A stretch of DNA of 64,000 nucleotides, taken from positions 27,209-91,208 of the forward strand of contig JAJEIP010000019.1 in assembly GCA_022827885.1 (NCBI GenBank), written 5' to 3'. Of the stretch, positions 1 to 8,784 are shown one piece after another. How positions within the stretch are numbered: position 1 is the first letter of the stretch; each line of letters opens with the position of its first letter. The position numbers were made by a program, and so were the translations under genes. The notes under the pieces are model-generated. The model ran no database searches and was not told where the DNA came from. It saw only the letters and a list, made by a program, of their open reading frames with translations. Origin of the DNA: Candidatus Poribacteria bacterium. Its GTDB lineage: Bacteria; Poribacteria; WGA-4E; WGA-3G.

Positions 1-222
1 AATAATAGATAAAGAACTGTCATTAGTCAATCTAAGTCGCTTATGGTATAAACGATATTTTATCCCTAAAGATATGCGCCATAATTCTGTTTTATTATCT
101 GAAACTGAAATCAACTAATCCCAAAGTTATTTATTGCAAATTAAAACAGCGTGAAATTCAATTTAACCGATCCCAAAACAACTTATTGCGTAATTAATTA
201 AATGATCCACGGATAAATTCCA

Positions 223-1749
223 ATGAACAAACTCTATTTCGGCGATAATCTTGAAATCCTGCGAGAGATGCCCGACGAACGCGTTCATCTGATATGCACC
301 GACCCACCCTTCAACTCCGGGCGCGATTACAATACCTTCCTCGGTGACTCCCTTGCACAAAAGAAGGCGTTCACCGATACATGGACGTGGGATACCGCTG
401 CACAAAACGCTCGTGCCGACATCGAACAACATGCATTTTCCAGCGATACCTACAAGGCATTGGATACCTGTCTGAAGGGTTATGATTTAGTTCTACAAAA
501 CGCGGTCTCCGGCAACAAAGGCGCGATGCGCGCATACCTTGCTTTTATGGGGCCCCGCCTCGCCGAGATGCATCGTGTACTCACACCAAATGGTAGTATA
601 TACTTGCACTGCGATCCGACTGCCTCACACTACCTCAAAGGCATGATGGATGCTATCTGGGATCAGGAAAACCATAGTAAGAATGAATCTTTTCGGAATG
701 AAATCGTGTGGTCATATCGTCGTTGGCCTGCAAAACATCCGAATTTTCAGCGAATGCACGACGTTATCTTGCGTTATGCTAAAGGCACAAATGTAACTTG
801 GAATCAACTATACGAACCAAGACCGGCATCAACCCTCAAAAGATTTGGGAGTAAGAAAATCAAGAGTGCCTTCGCGCAAGATGGGAAACGCATACCTTCT
901 GAGATGATGGGTGAAGAATCCGAAGGGGTACCCCTCAGGGATGTGTGGGAAATAAGTGTAATTGCCCCATCTGCCAAGGAACGCCTCGGTTACCCCACAC
1001 AGAAACCGCTCGCCCTTTATGAACGCATGATAAAAGCTTCCAGCAATGAAGGCGATATTGTGTTGGATCCGTTCTGTGGTTGCGGGACAACTATTGATGC
1101 CGCACATACCCTTAATCGACAGTGGATGGGTATAGACATTACAATCCTCGCTTTGGATCCGATGCGGCAACGGTTGACAGACCGACATGGATTAGAGCCT
1201 TCCGTTGACTACCAAATCGAAGGCTATCCCACCAACATGCAGGAAGTCCGCAGACTTCTAAAAGATGGCGATAGACGGAAATATCACGACTTTTCCAATT
1301 GGGCAGTGACGAGGCTGGGACTCAGACCAACGAAAGACGTTGGGGATGGCGGTCTGGATGGTGTTGGTCAAGTTACTTTATGGAATCCGCAGGTCATGAA
1401 AGAAACGGAGGCACGTATTCTCGCTGAAGTCAAAACTGGTAAACCGACGATCACCCAAGTTCGTGCCTTCTGCCGTGTGATGGATAAAAACAACGCCGAA
1501 GTTGGTGTTTTTATTACTCTTGAACCCGTAACCGCGAGCATGCGGCAAGAGGCACAGGATATGGGCCGTTTTGAGCACAACCACCAGACCTACCCGCGCC
1601 TCCAATTCTGGCAGATAGATGATGAATACTTCAATAACCCAGATATTATCAACACCCTCGTCCGCTTACCGGACGCGTGGAGGCTCCGTCCAACCCAGAA
1701 GTCCGAACGCTACGTCGACGATCAACAGATGCAATTTCTGCGTGGATAG
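223..1749 (+). CDS. Beta-class N6-adenine/N4-cytosine DNA methyltransferase fused to a C-terminal Mrr-type restriction-endonuclease-like domain
   Basis: 508-aa ORF. The catalytic DPPF motif (ICTDPPFNSG) comes first and the SAM-binding motif (VLDPFCGCGTTIDAA) later, which is the beta-class order. The C-terminal ~130 aa show an Mrr_cat-like pattern: GDGGLDGVG, then AEVK, then GVFITL. Confidence 0.8.
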   Translation: MNKLYFGDNLEILREMPDERVHLICTDPPFNSGRDYNTFLGDSLAQKKAFTDTWTWDTAAQNARADIEQHAFSSDTYKALDTCLKGYDLVLQNAVSGNKGAMRAYLAFMGPRLAEMHRVLTPNGSIYLHCDPTASHYLKGMMDAIWDQENHSKNESFRNEIVWSYRRWPAKHPNFQRMHDVILRYAKGTNVTWNQLYEPRPASTLKRFGSKKIKSAFAQDGKRIPSEMMGEESEGVPLRDVWEISVIAPSAKERLGYPTQKPLALYERMIKASSNEGDIVLDPFCGCGTTIDAAHTLNRQWMGIDITILALDPMRQRLTDRHGLEPSVDYQIEGYPTNMQEVRRLLKDGDRRKYHDFSNWAVTRLGLRPTKDVGDGGLDGVGQVTLWNPQVMKETEARILAEVKTGKPTITQVRAFCRVMDKNNAEVGVFITLEPVTASMRQEAQDMGRFEHNHQTYPRLQFWQIDDEYFNNPDIINTLVRLPDAWRLRPTQKSERYVDDQQMQFLRG

Positions 1750-1827
1750 ACGAGCGTTTTGATGCTTATACACCTGTCCTCATGATTTGAAGCAAGCTGG
1801 TCTCAAGTAATAAGGTGGAAAAAATTC

Positions 1828-2070
1828 ATGGAATACGTCGTTATGTTCGAAGAAGGCGAAAACAGTTGCAGTGCCTATGTGCCCGATCTTCCCGTGTGCA
1901 TCGCTGCGGGTGAAACAATGGAGGAAGTCAGTAAATTGATTGCCGAAGCCATTGAGTTTCATATTGAAGGGCTCCGGGAAAATGGGGATGTTGTTCCGCC
2001 CCCGTCGTCAAGTCTCCCTGTTCAAAGCGATCCGGGGGTATCGTCCGCACTGATTACAGTCCATGTATAG
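1828..2070 (+). CDS. hicB: HicB-family antitoxin-like protein (no HicA partner seen)
   Basis: 80 aa. The N-terminus YVVMFEEGENSCSAYVPDLPVCIAAGETMEEVSKLIAEAIEFHIEGL is a typical HicB/UPF0150 fold signature. GGTGG lies upstream of the ATG. Confidence 0.7.
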   Translation: MEYVVMFEEGENSCSAYVPDLPVCIAAGETMEEVSKLIAEAIEFHIEGLRENGDVVPPPSSSLPVQSDPGVSSALITVHV

Positions 2071-2124
2071 AGTATTATGATTCGCCTGAGCGCGCCAACC
2101 TCAAGACAGTATTATAACATAAGA

Positions 2125-2160
2125 GAATCGTCAACTTCCTGAGTTGGCGACTCTTTTTTT
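2125..2160 (+). terminator. Intrinsic terminator after hicB
   Basis: Hairpin gaatcgtcaact / agttggcgactc (with G-U pairs) followed by a run of 7 T. Confidence 0.65.
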
Positions 2161-2564
2161 GTCCAACAAAAAATCAGATGAAAACAACGGTAGTATTTCG
2201 GTTATTTCCATTTTCGGAGAACGTTGATAGGACACCATAGAAATGTAGCACGGATGGTAATAGACACGACAACGCTTGCTCCGAATCACCACCGGTCTCA
2301 TAACCGGCATTGGGTCCAATCTACTACCCGACTGACACAACTGCCACAGATCTCTCCCTTCCATCTGAACCTGCCCTATTTCGTGCAATCTGAAATGAGA
2401 TTTGTCCCTTTCAGTGCAATTTTTGCTAAGAATACCCGCGGAATACCCATCCAGACTGGCATGAGACTTGCTCATAATCTCTATAGTGTGAACTGCACTA
2501 ACAAATGACAAGCGGTCGTTTAGAAACGCAATAGGTCGCTTTGGACTTGAAAAAATTCCTGTGT

Positions 2565-2598
2565 GTTACGGCACACGGCGTGTGCCTACTACTTTTAA
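2565..2598 (+). repeat. REP-like hairpin element (GGCACAC-ggc-GTGTGCC followed by TACTAC); 34 nt identical to 23711-23744
   Basis: Exact 34-nt match gttacggcacacggcgtgtgcctactacttttaa at two loci. 7-bp stem, 3-nt loop, CTAC at the 3' stem boundary. Confidence 0.85.
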
Positions 2599-2612
2599 CG
2601 GAGGTAAAACCA

Positions 2613-3203
2613 ATGTTACGTAGAACCGACTCTTTGCGCGTATGTGTGGCGATCAGCGTGTGGTTACTCACAGTAGGTTGCGCGTCCTTGTATCAGCCAC
2701 TTCCAAAACGAATAAAGGCGACACACCTATCCTGCAAGACGTATCCAAAACTTGTCGATGGTGATCTTGCCACAGCCAGCAGCCTGAAGGTAAAAAGCTT
2801 TATTGAAAAGGGTAACCCTGCTTATAGATACAGTATCAGACACGACGACTGGATAGAAGGAGAAAATAAGGCAGAGGCACTGATCCAACTTGACACACTT
2901 ACGCCTGTCGCTTACATTGAGGTGCATCCAATCTCAACCATTTATCGTCTCTCGGTAGAAACATCGACCGCAGAGGCAGCGGATGAAAAAGCATCTCTCT
3001 TTGAGCCAGTGAGAAGTCACAAAATTGCAAGATCCGAAAACGGTGCGGTGATCCGTATCAACATCGACAGACCCGTTCGGATGCTAAGCGTCATTATCTA
3101 TGTCAATCGTGACGCAGTACACGTCACACGAGAACCATTGACGCATAAAACGAAAGTATCCTTTGAGGATGTGATGATTCGGGAAATTCGGGTGTATCAG
3201 TAA
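2613..3203 (+). CDS. Hypothetical lipoprotein
   Basis: ATG at 2613 is preceded by GGAGG. Signal peptide with lipobox (LLTVGC). The ORF-track start at 2541 would translate through the REP-like element. No recognisable domain. Confidence 0.55.
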   Translation: MLRRTDSLRVCVAISVWLLTVGCASLYQPLPKRIKATHLSCKTYPKLVDGDLATASSLKVKSFIEKGNPAYRYSIRHDDWIEGENKAEALIQLDTLTPVAYIEVHPISTIYRLSVETSTAEAADEKASLFEPVRSHKIARSENGAVIRINIDRPVRMLSVIIYVNRDAVHVTREPLTHKTKVSFEDVMIREIRVYQ

Positions 3204-3217
3204 TTTGATAAAAAGAT

Positions 3218-3246
3218 TTGCAATAGCCCCATAACTATGATAATAT
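3218..3246 (+). promoter_or_regulatory. Sigma70-like promoter, TTGCAA-N17-TAATAT
   Basis: Hexamers with 17-nt spacing about 45 nt upstream of the 3291 ATG. The same TTGC(A/T)(A/T)-N17-TAnAAT pattern recurs at 29541, 39586 and 59849; the promoter at 33897 is similar but has TTGAAA at -35 and TATGAT at -10. Confidence 0.5.
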
Positions 3247-3290
3247 AAATTAAAACCCGGAAATCTACGGACATCCGTTAAAATCATCGT

Positions 3291-4850
3291 ATGAAATACT
3301 TCACTTACTTCGGAAATCATCTCATCAACGCGAAACTGCCGGACAACTCAGAGGTCTACTACGCCAAGCCTCCGTTGCCGGGAATCAAGCGCAATGCCCT
3401 AAGCGAACACACACAGCGTGCCTTTGAAAACCCACTTGCGATGCCGCCACTACGCGAACTCGTCAACGGCAATTCAAAGGTGCTTATCCTGTTTGATGAT
3501 AATTGCCAACCCTTTCCTGCCACCAAAAAGCCAGATATGCGGCAGATTATGATTGAGACGCTTCTGAAGATGCTCTATAACTACGGCGTGGAGAAACAGA
3601 ACATCCAACTGATGTGCGCCGTCGCGTTGCACCGCAAGATGAAGGAACACGAACTCGCCTATATGCTCGGAAAAGACATTATGGACGAGTTCTATCCGCA
3701 TCAACTCCGAAACTTCGATGCAGAGGATGCCGACCAGATTGCCTACGTAGGACACACAGAAAAAGATGAAATCGTTGAGACGGATAAGGCAGCTCTCGAA
3801 GCCGATCTGGTGATTTACGTTGATATGATACAGATTCCGCTCAACGGCGGACATAAATCCGTCGCGGTGGGTCTCGGCACCTATAACTCTATAGCACCCC
3901 ACCACTCGCCGCACATGACAGCGGAAAGTCCACACGTCATGCAACCCGACGGTTCGCACATGCACGCCTGTATCGAACGGATGAGTCGTCTGATTCAGAA
4001 AGAGACACCCATCTTGGTACTGGAAGCAGCAATGAACGGTGCGATCTACCCATTTCATCTGCGCTACGTCGGGAAACCGAACCGCGACTGCAACATCGCA
4101 GAGAAAGTGCTGAAAACCTTCACACCGGCGACCCTATCGCTACTGCCCGAATCACTTCGCTACACGATTCTCAAGAGCGTGCAGACGGACTACGAACCGA
4201 TACAAGTCAACGCAGGCGACATCGATGCCGTTCACGCGAAAACGTTAGCGTCAATGAAGGACCAGTTGGCAATAGATATTCCACGCCAGTTCAGCACATT
4301 GGTATTCGGACTTCCCGATATGAGTCCTTACGCTGTTGATGCGCGTATCAACCCTGTCTTAGTGGTGAGCGATATTTTAGGCTACGTCTTCAACTGGTTC
4401 TATAACAAACCCATCATCAAAAAGAACGGTGTTGTGATCATCATGAACCCCACATACGAGATCTTTCACGAAGAGTATCATGTCGCCTATAAACAGTTTT
4501 ACGATGAGGTGCTCGCTGAAACGACGGAACCGTTTGAGATGCAACAGAAGTTTCAGGAAAAATACGCAAAGGACGCGTATTTAATCGACTGCTATCGGAA
4601 CAGGTTCGCGCACCACGGTTTCCATCCGTTCACTGTTTGGTATTGGGCGACGTATCCGCTGAAATATCTCGCGAAGGTGATCCTCGTGGGTCCCAAGGAA
4701 CCGAGGGTGGCGCAACGGCTTGGTGTTGACTGGGCGCGCAACTTAGATGATGCTCTTGCGATGGCGCGCGAAATCTCTGGGGAAGACGATGTCGTTGCCC
4801 TGACGATGCCACCATTCTTCTACGCAAACGTTGGAGATTCCAATGATTAA
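3291..4850 (+). CDS. LarA-like (DUF2088) nickel-pincer-dependent racemase/epimerase family protein
   Basis: 519 aa. VLILFDDNCQPFP, AVALHRKM and GGHKSVAVGLG resemble the LarA N-terminal domain motifs (SDITRP, ATGxHR, GGxKS). Confidence 0.5.
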   Translation: MKYFTYFGNHLINAKLPDNSEVYYAKPPLPGIKRNALSEHTQRAFENPLAMPPLRELVNGNSKVLILFDDNCQPFPATKKPDMRQIMIETLLKMLYNYGVEKQNIQLMCAVALHRKMKEHELAYMLGKDIMDEFYPHQLRNFDAEDADQIAYVGHTEKDEIVETDKAALEADLVIYVDMIQIPLNGGHKSVAVGLGTYNSIAPHHSPHMTAESPHVMQPDGSHMHACIERMSRLIQKETPILVLEAAMNGAIYPFHLRYVGKPNRDCNIAEKVLKTFTPATLSLLPESLRYTILKSVQTDYEPIQVNAGDIDAVHAKTLASMKDQLAIDIPRQFSTLVFGLPDMSPYAVDARINPVLVVSDILGYVFNWFYNKPIIKKNGVVIIMNPTYEIFHEEYHVAYKQFYDEVLAETTEPFEMQQKFQEKYAKDAYLIDCYRNRFAHHGFHPFTVWYWATYPLKYLAKVILVGPKEPRVAQRLGVDWARNLDDALAMAREISGEDDVVALTMPPFFYANVGDSND

Positions 4851-5061
4851 AAATTCTCCCATCGTTGAAGATACCCGTCGTGTTCGCCGCATGATCTCTG
4901 AGAAATTCGATCATGATATAGGTCGCTATATTGCCTATTTGCAAAGTGAGGCAACCTCACGTCAAAGAAAGAAAACTGTTCAAGGGTCAAACAGCAGTGA
5001 AAATCGCGCCATCAATGTAGAAAACCCAGAGCAGACACACAAAGAAACCAGAGTTAATTGA
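4843..5061 (+). CDS. Small hypothetical protein, translationally coupled to the upstream gene
   Basis: ATG at 4843 overlaps the LarA-like stop (ATGATTAA), and GGAGA lies 5 nt upstream. 72 aa, no recognisable domain. Confidence 0.4.
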   Translation: MIKNSPIVEDTRRVRRMISEKFDHDIGRYIAYLQSEATSRQRKKTVQGSNSSENRAINVENPEQTHKETRVN

Positions 5062-5098
5062 ACTCGCAAACCTACGAGATGAAAAATAGAAGAGACTT

Positions 5099-6133
5099 AT
5101 GACAGACACGGACATTTTGATACCTACCAGCACTATCGGAAGTTACGCACCACCGAGTTGGCTGTGCGTTACGTTAGAGGCAATCGGACGCGGAGAACTC
5201 GGTGAAACCGACATTAACGAAACCTTCGACGACGCGGTCCGCGCCGCTATCGCCGACCAAGAACGCGCCGGCGTTGACATCATCACAGAGGGTGAGATGC
5301 GCCGACAAGATTTCGTTCTCGGTTTCTATGAACGGCTCACTGGTTTAGAAGAACTCCCAGCACCCAGAACACAGGGGCCCGACGGACACGACCAACGCGG
5401 CAAATGGCTGCCCTCCGTTCCGCTCGATGCTCCTGACGGACTCGGTATCCTCGCGGAGTTTGAATTCGCGAAGAACGAGACGACGAAGACACTCAAGGTG
5501 ACATGCCCCGGTCCGTTTACCCTTTCCGGACGGATCCAGACGGGTGGAATTTATAAAGAACGCCTTGAAGTCGCCTACGCCTGTGCGGAGATTATCAACA
5601 CAGAACTCCGTCAACTCGTCGCTGCTGGCGCAGAATTCATCCAGTTAGACGAACCCTCTTACGCTGTTTATCCGGATCGTCCTGAAGCGTTCGTCAAACT
5701 TTTCAATCACACCGTTGAGGGTGTCTCTGCAAAGATTGGACTGCACATCTGTTTCGGCAACTATCGCGGCAGAGCCGTCGGCAAACGTTCGTATCGTCCG
5801 CTCTTTCCGTATATTTTAGACGCAGCGTTCGATCAACTCGCCCTGGAATTCGCAAACCGGGAAATGGCAGAAATCGGATTGTGGAGCGAGTTTCCGAACG
5901 ATAAAGAACTCGCCGCAGGACTCATCGATGTCAAAAATTACTACGTAGAAACACCAGAGGATGTCGCAGCACTGCTCCGAGAAGCACTCAAGCACGTGCG
6001 TCCTGAAAAACTGTCCATCACACCGGATTGTGGATTCAGCCAAACAGCACGGTGGGCAGCCGCCGCAAAACTGAAAACGATGGTCGCTGGCACTGAAATT
6101 GTCCGCCGTGAACTTACAAATGGGACCCTTTAA
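5099..6133 (+). CDS. Cobalamin-independent methionine synthase (MetE C-terminal domain, Meth_synt_2) family protein
   Basis: 344 aa with TEGEMRRQDF, GLHICFGNY and ITPDCGF motifs typical of the MetE catalytic-domain family. Confidence 0.7.
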   Translation: MTDTDILIPTSTIGSYAPPSWLCVTLEAIGRGELGETDINETFDDAVRAAIADQERAGVDIITEGEMRRQDFVLGFYERLTGLEELPAPRTQGPDGHDQRGKWLPSVPLDAPDGLGILAEFEFAKNETTKTLKVTCPGPFTLSGRIQTGGIYKERLEVAYACAEIINTELRQLVAAGAEFIQLDEPSYAVYPDRPEAFVKLFNHTVEGVSAKIGLHICFGNYRGRAVGKRSYRPLFPYILDAAFDQLALEFANREMAEIGLWSEFPNDKELAAGLIDVKNYYVETPEDVAALLREALKHVRPEKLSITPDCGFSQTARWAAAAKLKTMVAGTEIVRRELTNGTL

Positions 6134-6178
6134 CTTTAGGTTCGGTTCCCCATTTTAGAAGAGAGGTAGCATAGCGTC

Positions 6179-7747
6179 GTGAGCATAAACAGGAAGATAC
6201 CCACACCCGAAGAAATAGAAAAAGAATTCCAAGAATTCGTCCAACAGAAATATGGCGGGAGCGTCCGTTTAATTAACGCATCCGCCAATGAACCCTCCCC
6301 TGAAGGAGAAACAGAAGCGCCTGAGCCGAAAAAAACCTTCGATCTGAAATTCGACCTCAAACCGAAGGATATCAAGCAATACCTCGACCGATACGTCATC
6401 AAACAGGACGAGGCAAAGAAGGCACTCGCTATCGCCGTCTGTGACCACTACAATCACGTTCGGGAATGCCACGAAGACCCAACCGCCGCGGATGCGGATT
6501 ACTCCAAACAGAACATCGTCATGCTCGGACCGACCGGTGTCGGCAAGACCTACCTCATCCGACACATCGCCAAACTCATCGGCGTGCCGTTCGTCAAAGC
6601 GGATGCGACTCGATTCAGCGAAACCGGTTACGTCGGTGCCAACGTTGACGACTTAATCCGTGAACTGGTAACCCAAGCGGAAGACAATCTCGAACTCGCA
6701 CAATACGGCATCATCTATCTCGACGAAGCGGACAAAATCGCGACACCGCCAAATATCATTGGACGCGATGTGAGCGGGCGCGGTGTGCAGATTGGACTTC
6801 TGAAATTGATGGAGGAAACCGAAGTGGATCTGCGTAGCGGGAACGATGTCGCCTCACAGATGCGTGCCGCTATGGAATTTCAGAAAAGCGGCAAGGTCGA
6901 GAAAGAGGTTATCAACACACGGCACATCCTTTTCATCATCAGCGGTGCGTTCACGGGTATGGCAGATATTATCAAGAAACGTATGCATCAAAGCAAAATC
7001 GGCTTCAATGCTGAGATTACCAGCCAAACCGATGACACGGAAACCCAGTATTTCGAGAACATCACACCGAAAGACTTCATAGACTTCGGCTTTGAACCCG
7101 AGTTTATCGGACGACTGCCAGTCCATGTCGTTTGCACGGAGCTCGGCGTAGATGACCTGTTCTATATCCTGAAACACTCCGAAGGTTCCATTATCCGTCA
7201 ATACGAAAACGCCTTTCGTGCGTATGGTATCACGGTCCTGTTTTCAGAGTGCGGTCTACAACGCATCGCCGAAAAAGCGATTGCGCAAAAAACAGGGGCG
7301 CGTGCCTTAATGACGGTTTGCGAAAAGGTCTTGCGCGACTATAAATTTGAACTCCCCTCCACCGGTGTTGAGGAATTCGTTGTCACTGCTGAAGTTGTCG
7401 ACGCACCTGATGTCGAATTAAAGCGAATCACCGCGGAACCGGACTACAACCGCAGGACCGTGATGTGTGAGCAGGTTCGCCGATATGAAGCACAATTTCA
7501 CACAGAACATCAATTGCAAATTCAGTTCGACGCTGAAGCGACTGCGCTTATTTGTGAACGGGCGATTTCAGAGGCACAAACCGTCCAGCAGGTCTGTGAT
7601 CAACTCCTGGGTAGTTATCAGCACGGGCTAAACTTAATTAAGCAGAACACGGGACAATCCACATTCACCTTTCCAAAGGCTGTTTTGGAAAACCCAGATG
7701 AAGTCCTCGAAGAGTGGATTCGTGAATCTTACACCACAAAACGTTGA
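6179..7747 (+). CDS. ClpX-like AAA+ ATPase lacking the N-terminal zinc-binding domain, with a ~130-aa C-terminal extension
   Basis: GTG start. Walker A GPTGVGKT, pore loop GYVG, Walker B IIYLDEADK, IGF-like loop (KIGFNAE). No C4 zinc cluster at the N-terminus. Confidence 0.75.
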   Translation: MSINRKIPTPEEIEKEFQEFVQQKYGGSVRLINASANEPSPEGETEAPEPKKTFDLKFDLKPKDIKQYLDRYVIKQDEAKKALAIAVCDHYNHVRECHEDPTAADADYSKQNIVMLGPTGVGKTYLIRHIAKLIGVPFVKADATRFSETGYVGANVDDLIRELVTQAEDNLELAQYGIIYLDEADKIATPPNIIGRDVSGRGVQIGLLKLMEETEVDLRSGNDVASQMRAAMEFQKSGKVEKEVINTRHILFIISGAFTGMADIIKKRMHQSKIGFNAEITSQTDDTETQYFENITPKDFIDFGFEPEFIGRLPVHVVCTELGVDDLFYILKHSEGSIIRQYENAFRAYGITVLFSECGLQRIAEKAIAQKTGARALMTVCEKVLRDYKFELPSTGVEEFVVTAEVVDAPDVELKRITAEPDYNRRTVMCEQVRRYEAQFHTEHQLQIQFDAEATALICERAISEAQTVQQVCDQLLGSYQHGLNLIKQNTGQSTFTFPKAVLENPDEVLEEWIRESYTTKR

Positions 7748-7856
7748 ATAGTTGCCAGTCACAAGAGACTTTTGTTAAACGAAAATCTCTTTACTGACCA
7801 ACCTCACCGTCATGCCGACTGCCGGCTGACAGCTCTCAAAACTAATTACGAAGATT

Positions 7857-8597
7857 ATGAACACCGAACAGAAGAGACCGCAACGTCCTGAACCCCCGAA
7901 TATTCAAGAAATCGGCGCGCCCCTCGACGGGAAACCACAAGTTAGCGACCGGCGTTTGTTCTTTCAACTGCATGTCTTTAAAGAGTGCTTCGACCACAGA
8001 CTTATCACTAAGATACTTGAGAACGGATGTCTAAACGCAGTGCTATACGACGATCTAAACCATCCGACAGGGATCGGTGTGCTGTTCATCTCAGAGGATC
8101 CAGCGGTGTTAATGGCGGAATCACGAAGTCTACTCGTAAAGGCACAGGACGCGCCTCAGCTGTCATATCGTCCAGAAATGACCATGACCGGTCGAACCTA
8201 TTCAAGTGGTAGAGAACCGAATCTGGAAGAGTGGCTCCTCAACAAACCGCTCCAAAACGTTCTCAACCCCGATTTTCGATGGGCGATTTGGTATCCCTTG
8301 CGCCGAAGCCCTGAATTCTATCGTCTTGAACACCGTGAACGGGGTCGCATCTTAGGCGAACACGCTTTGCTGGGGCGCGGTTATGCCGCAGGTGGATATG
8401 CCAGTGACATCCGACTCGCCTGCTTCGGATTGGATACAAACGACAATGAATTCGTTATCGGAGTGGTCGGGCCCGATTTACATCCGTTATCGCGTTTGAT
8501 TCAGGATATGCGTCAAACAGAACAGACCACCAAATACATCGAATCCCTTGGTCCCTTCTTTGTTGGAAAGGTTCGGAAGCAATTTTTTAACAATTGA
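7857..8597 (+). CDS. Chlorite dismutase / HemQ family protein
   Basis: 246 aa. WAIWYPLRRSPEFYRLEHRERGRILGEH matches the conserved C-terminal-domain pattern of the Cld/HemQ family. Confidence 0.65.
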   Translation: MNTEQKRPQRPEPPNIQEIGAPLDGKPQVSDRRLFFQLHVFKECFDHRLITKILENGCLNAVLYDDLNHPTGIGVLFISEDPAVLMAESRSLLVKAQDAPQLSYRPEMTMTGRTYSSGREPNLEEWLLNKPLQNVLNPDFRWAIWYPLRRSPEFYRLEHRERGRILGEHALLGRGYAAGGYASDIRLACFGLDTNDNEFVIGVVGPDLHPLSRLIQDMRQTEQTTKYIESLGPFFVGKVRKQFFNN

Positions 8598-8784
8598 ATC
8601 TGGGCACTGCTCCATTACATTACGCAGTGGTGTTTGGTTAATTCCGACTCTACTAAGGAGATGTAAGGTTATTTAAGAAGGCCGGCATAAGATCCAAGTC
8701 TACAACATTCAGAGGCAGTTAGACTTAACCGAAAACCACCGTGAAACGAAGTGGAACGGTGACCGGATGCCCATAGTTTAAAAT

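Noticed and set aside
163-432. 89-aa minus-strand ORF overlapping the methyltransferase start. The same applies to other antisense ORFs nested inside long genes throughout the track, such as 829-1188, 3474-4058, 10242-10715, 38337-38990, 41898-42521 and 51118-51813.
   Set aside because: Each lies antisense to, or out of frame within, a long ORF that has clear family motifs. None has an RBS or a recognisable domain. They are typical shadow ORFs.
1750-1827. A HicA toxin gene next to hicB.
   Set aside because: The gap is only 78 nt, and the only ATG-initiated frame gives 7 codons. No HicA-like peptide appears in any frame on either side.
2131-2511. Overlapping ORFs of 126 aa (minus strand) and 94 aa (plus strand) as genes.
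   Set aside because: They are mutually exclusive. Neither has an RBS or a motif, and the minus-strand ORF runs through the hicB terminator hairpin. The region is left unassigned and reported as a finding.
2541-2612. N-terminal extensions of the longest ORFs. Examples are 2541 vs 2613, 23722 vs 23671, 19096 vs 19132, 46705 vs 46630, 56479 vs 56617, 59744 vs 59990, 22638 vs 22590 and 26278 vs 26230.
   Set aside because: The extensions translate through REP hairpins, terminator hairpins or promoter sequences and lack an RBS. The internal starts have Shine-Dalgarno motifs and match family N-termini.
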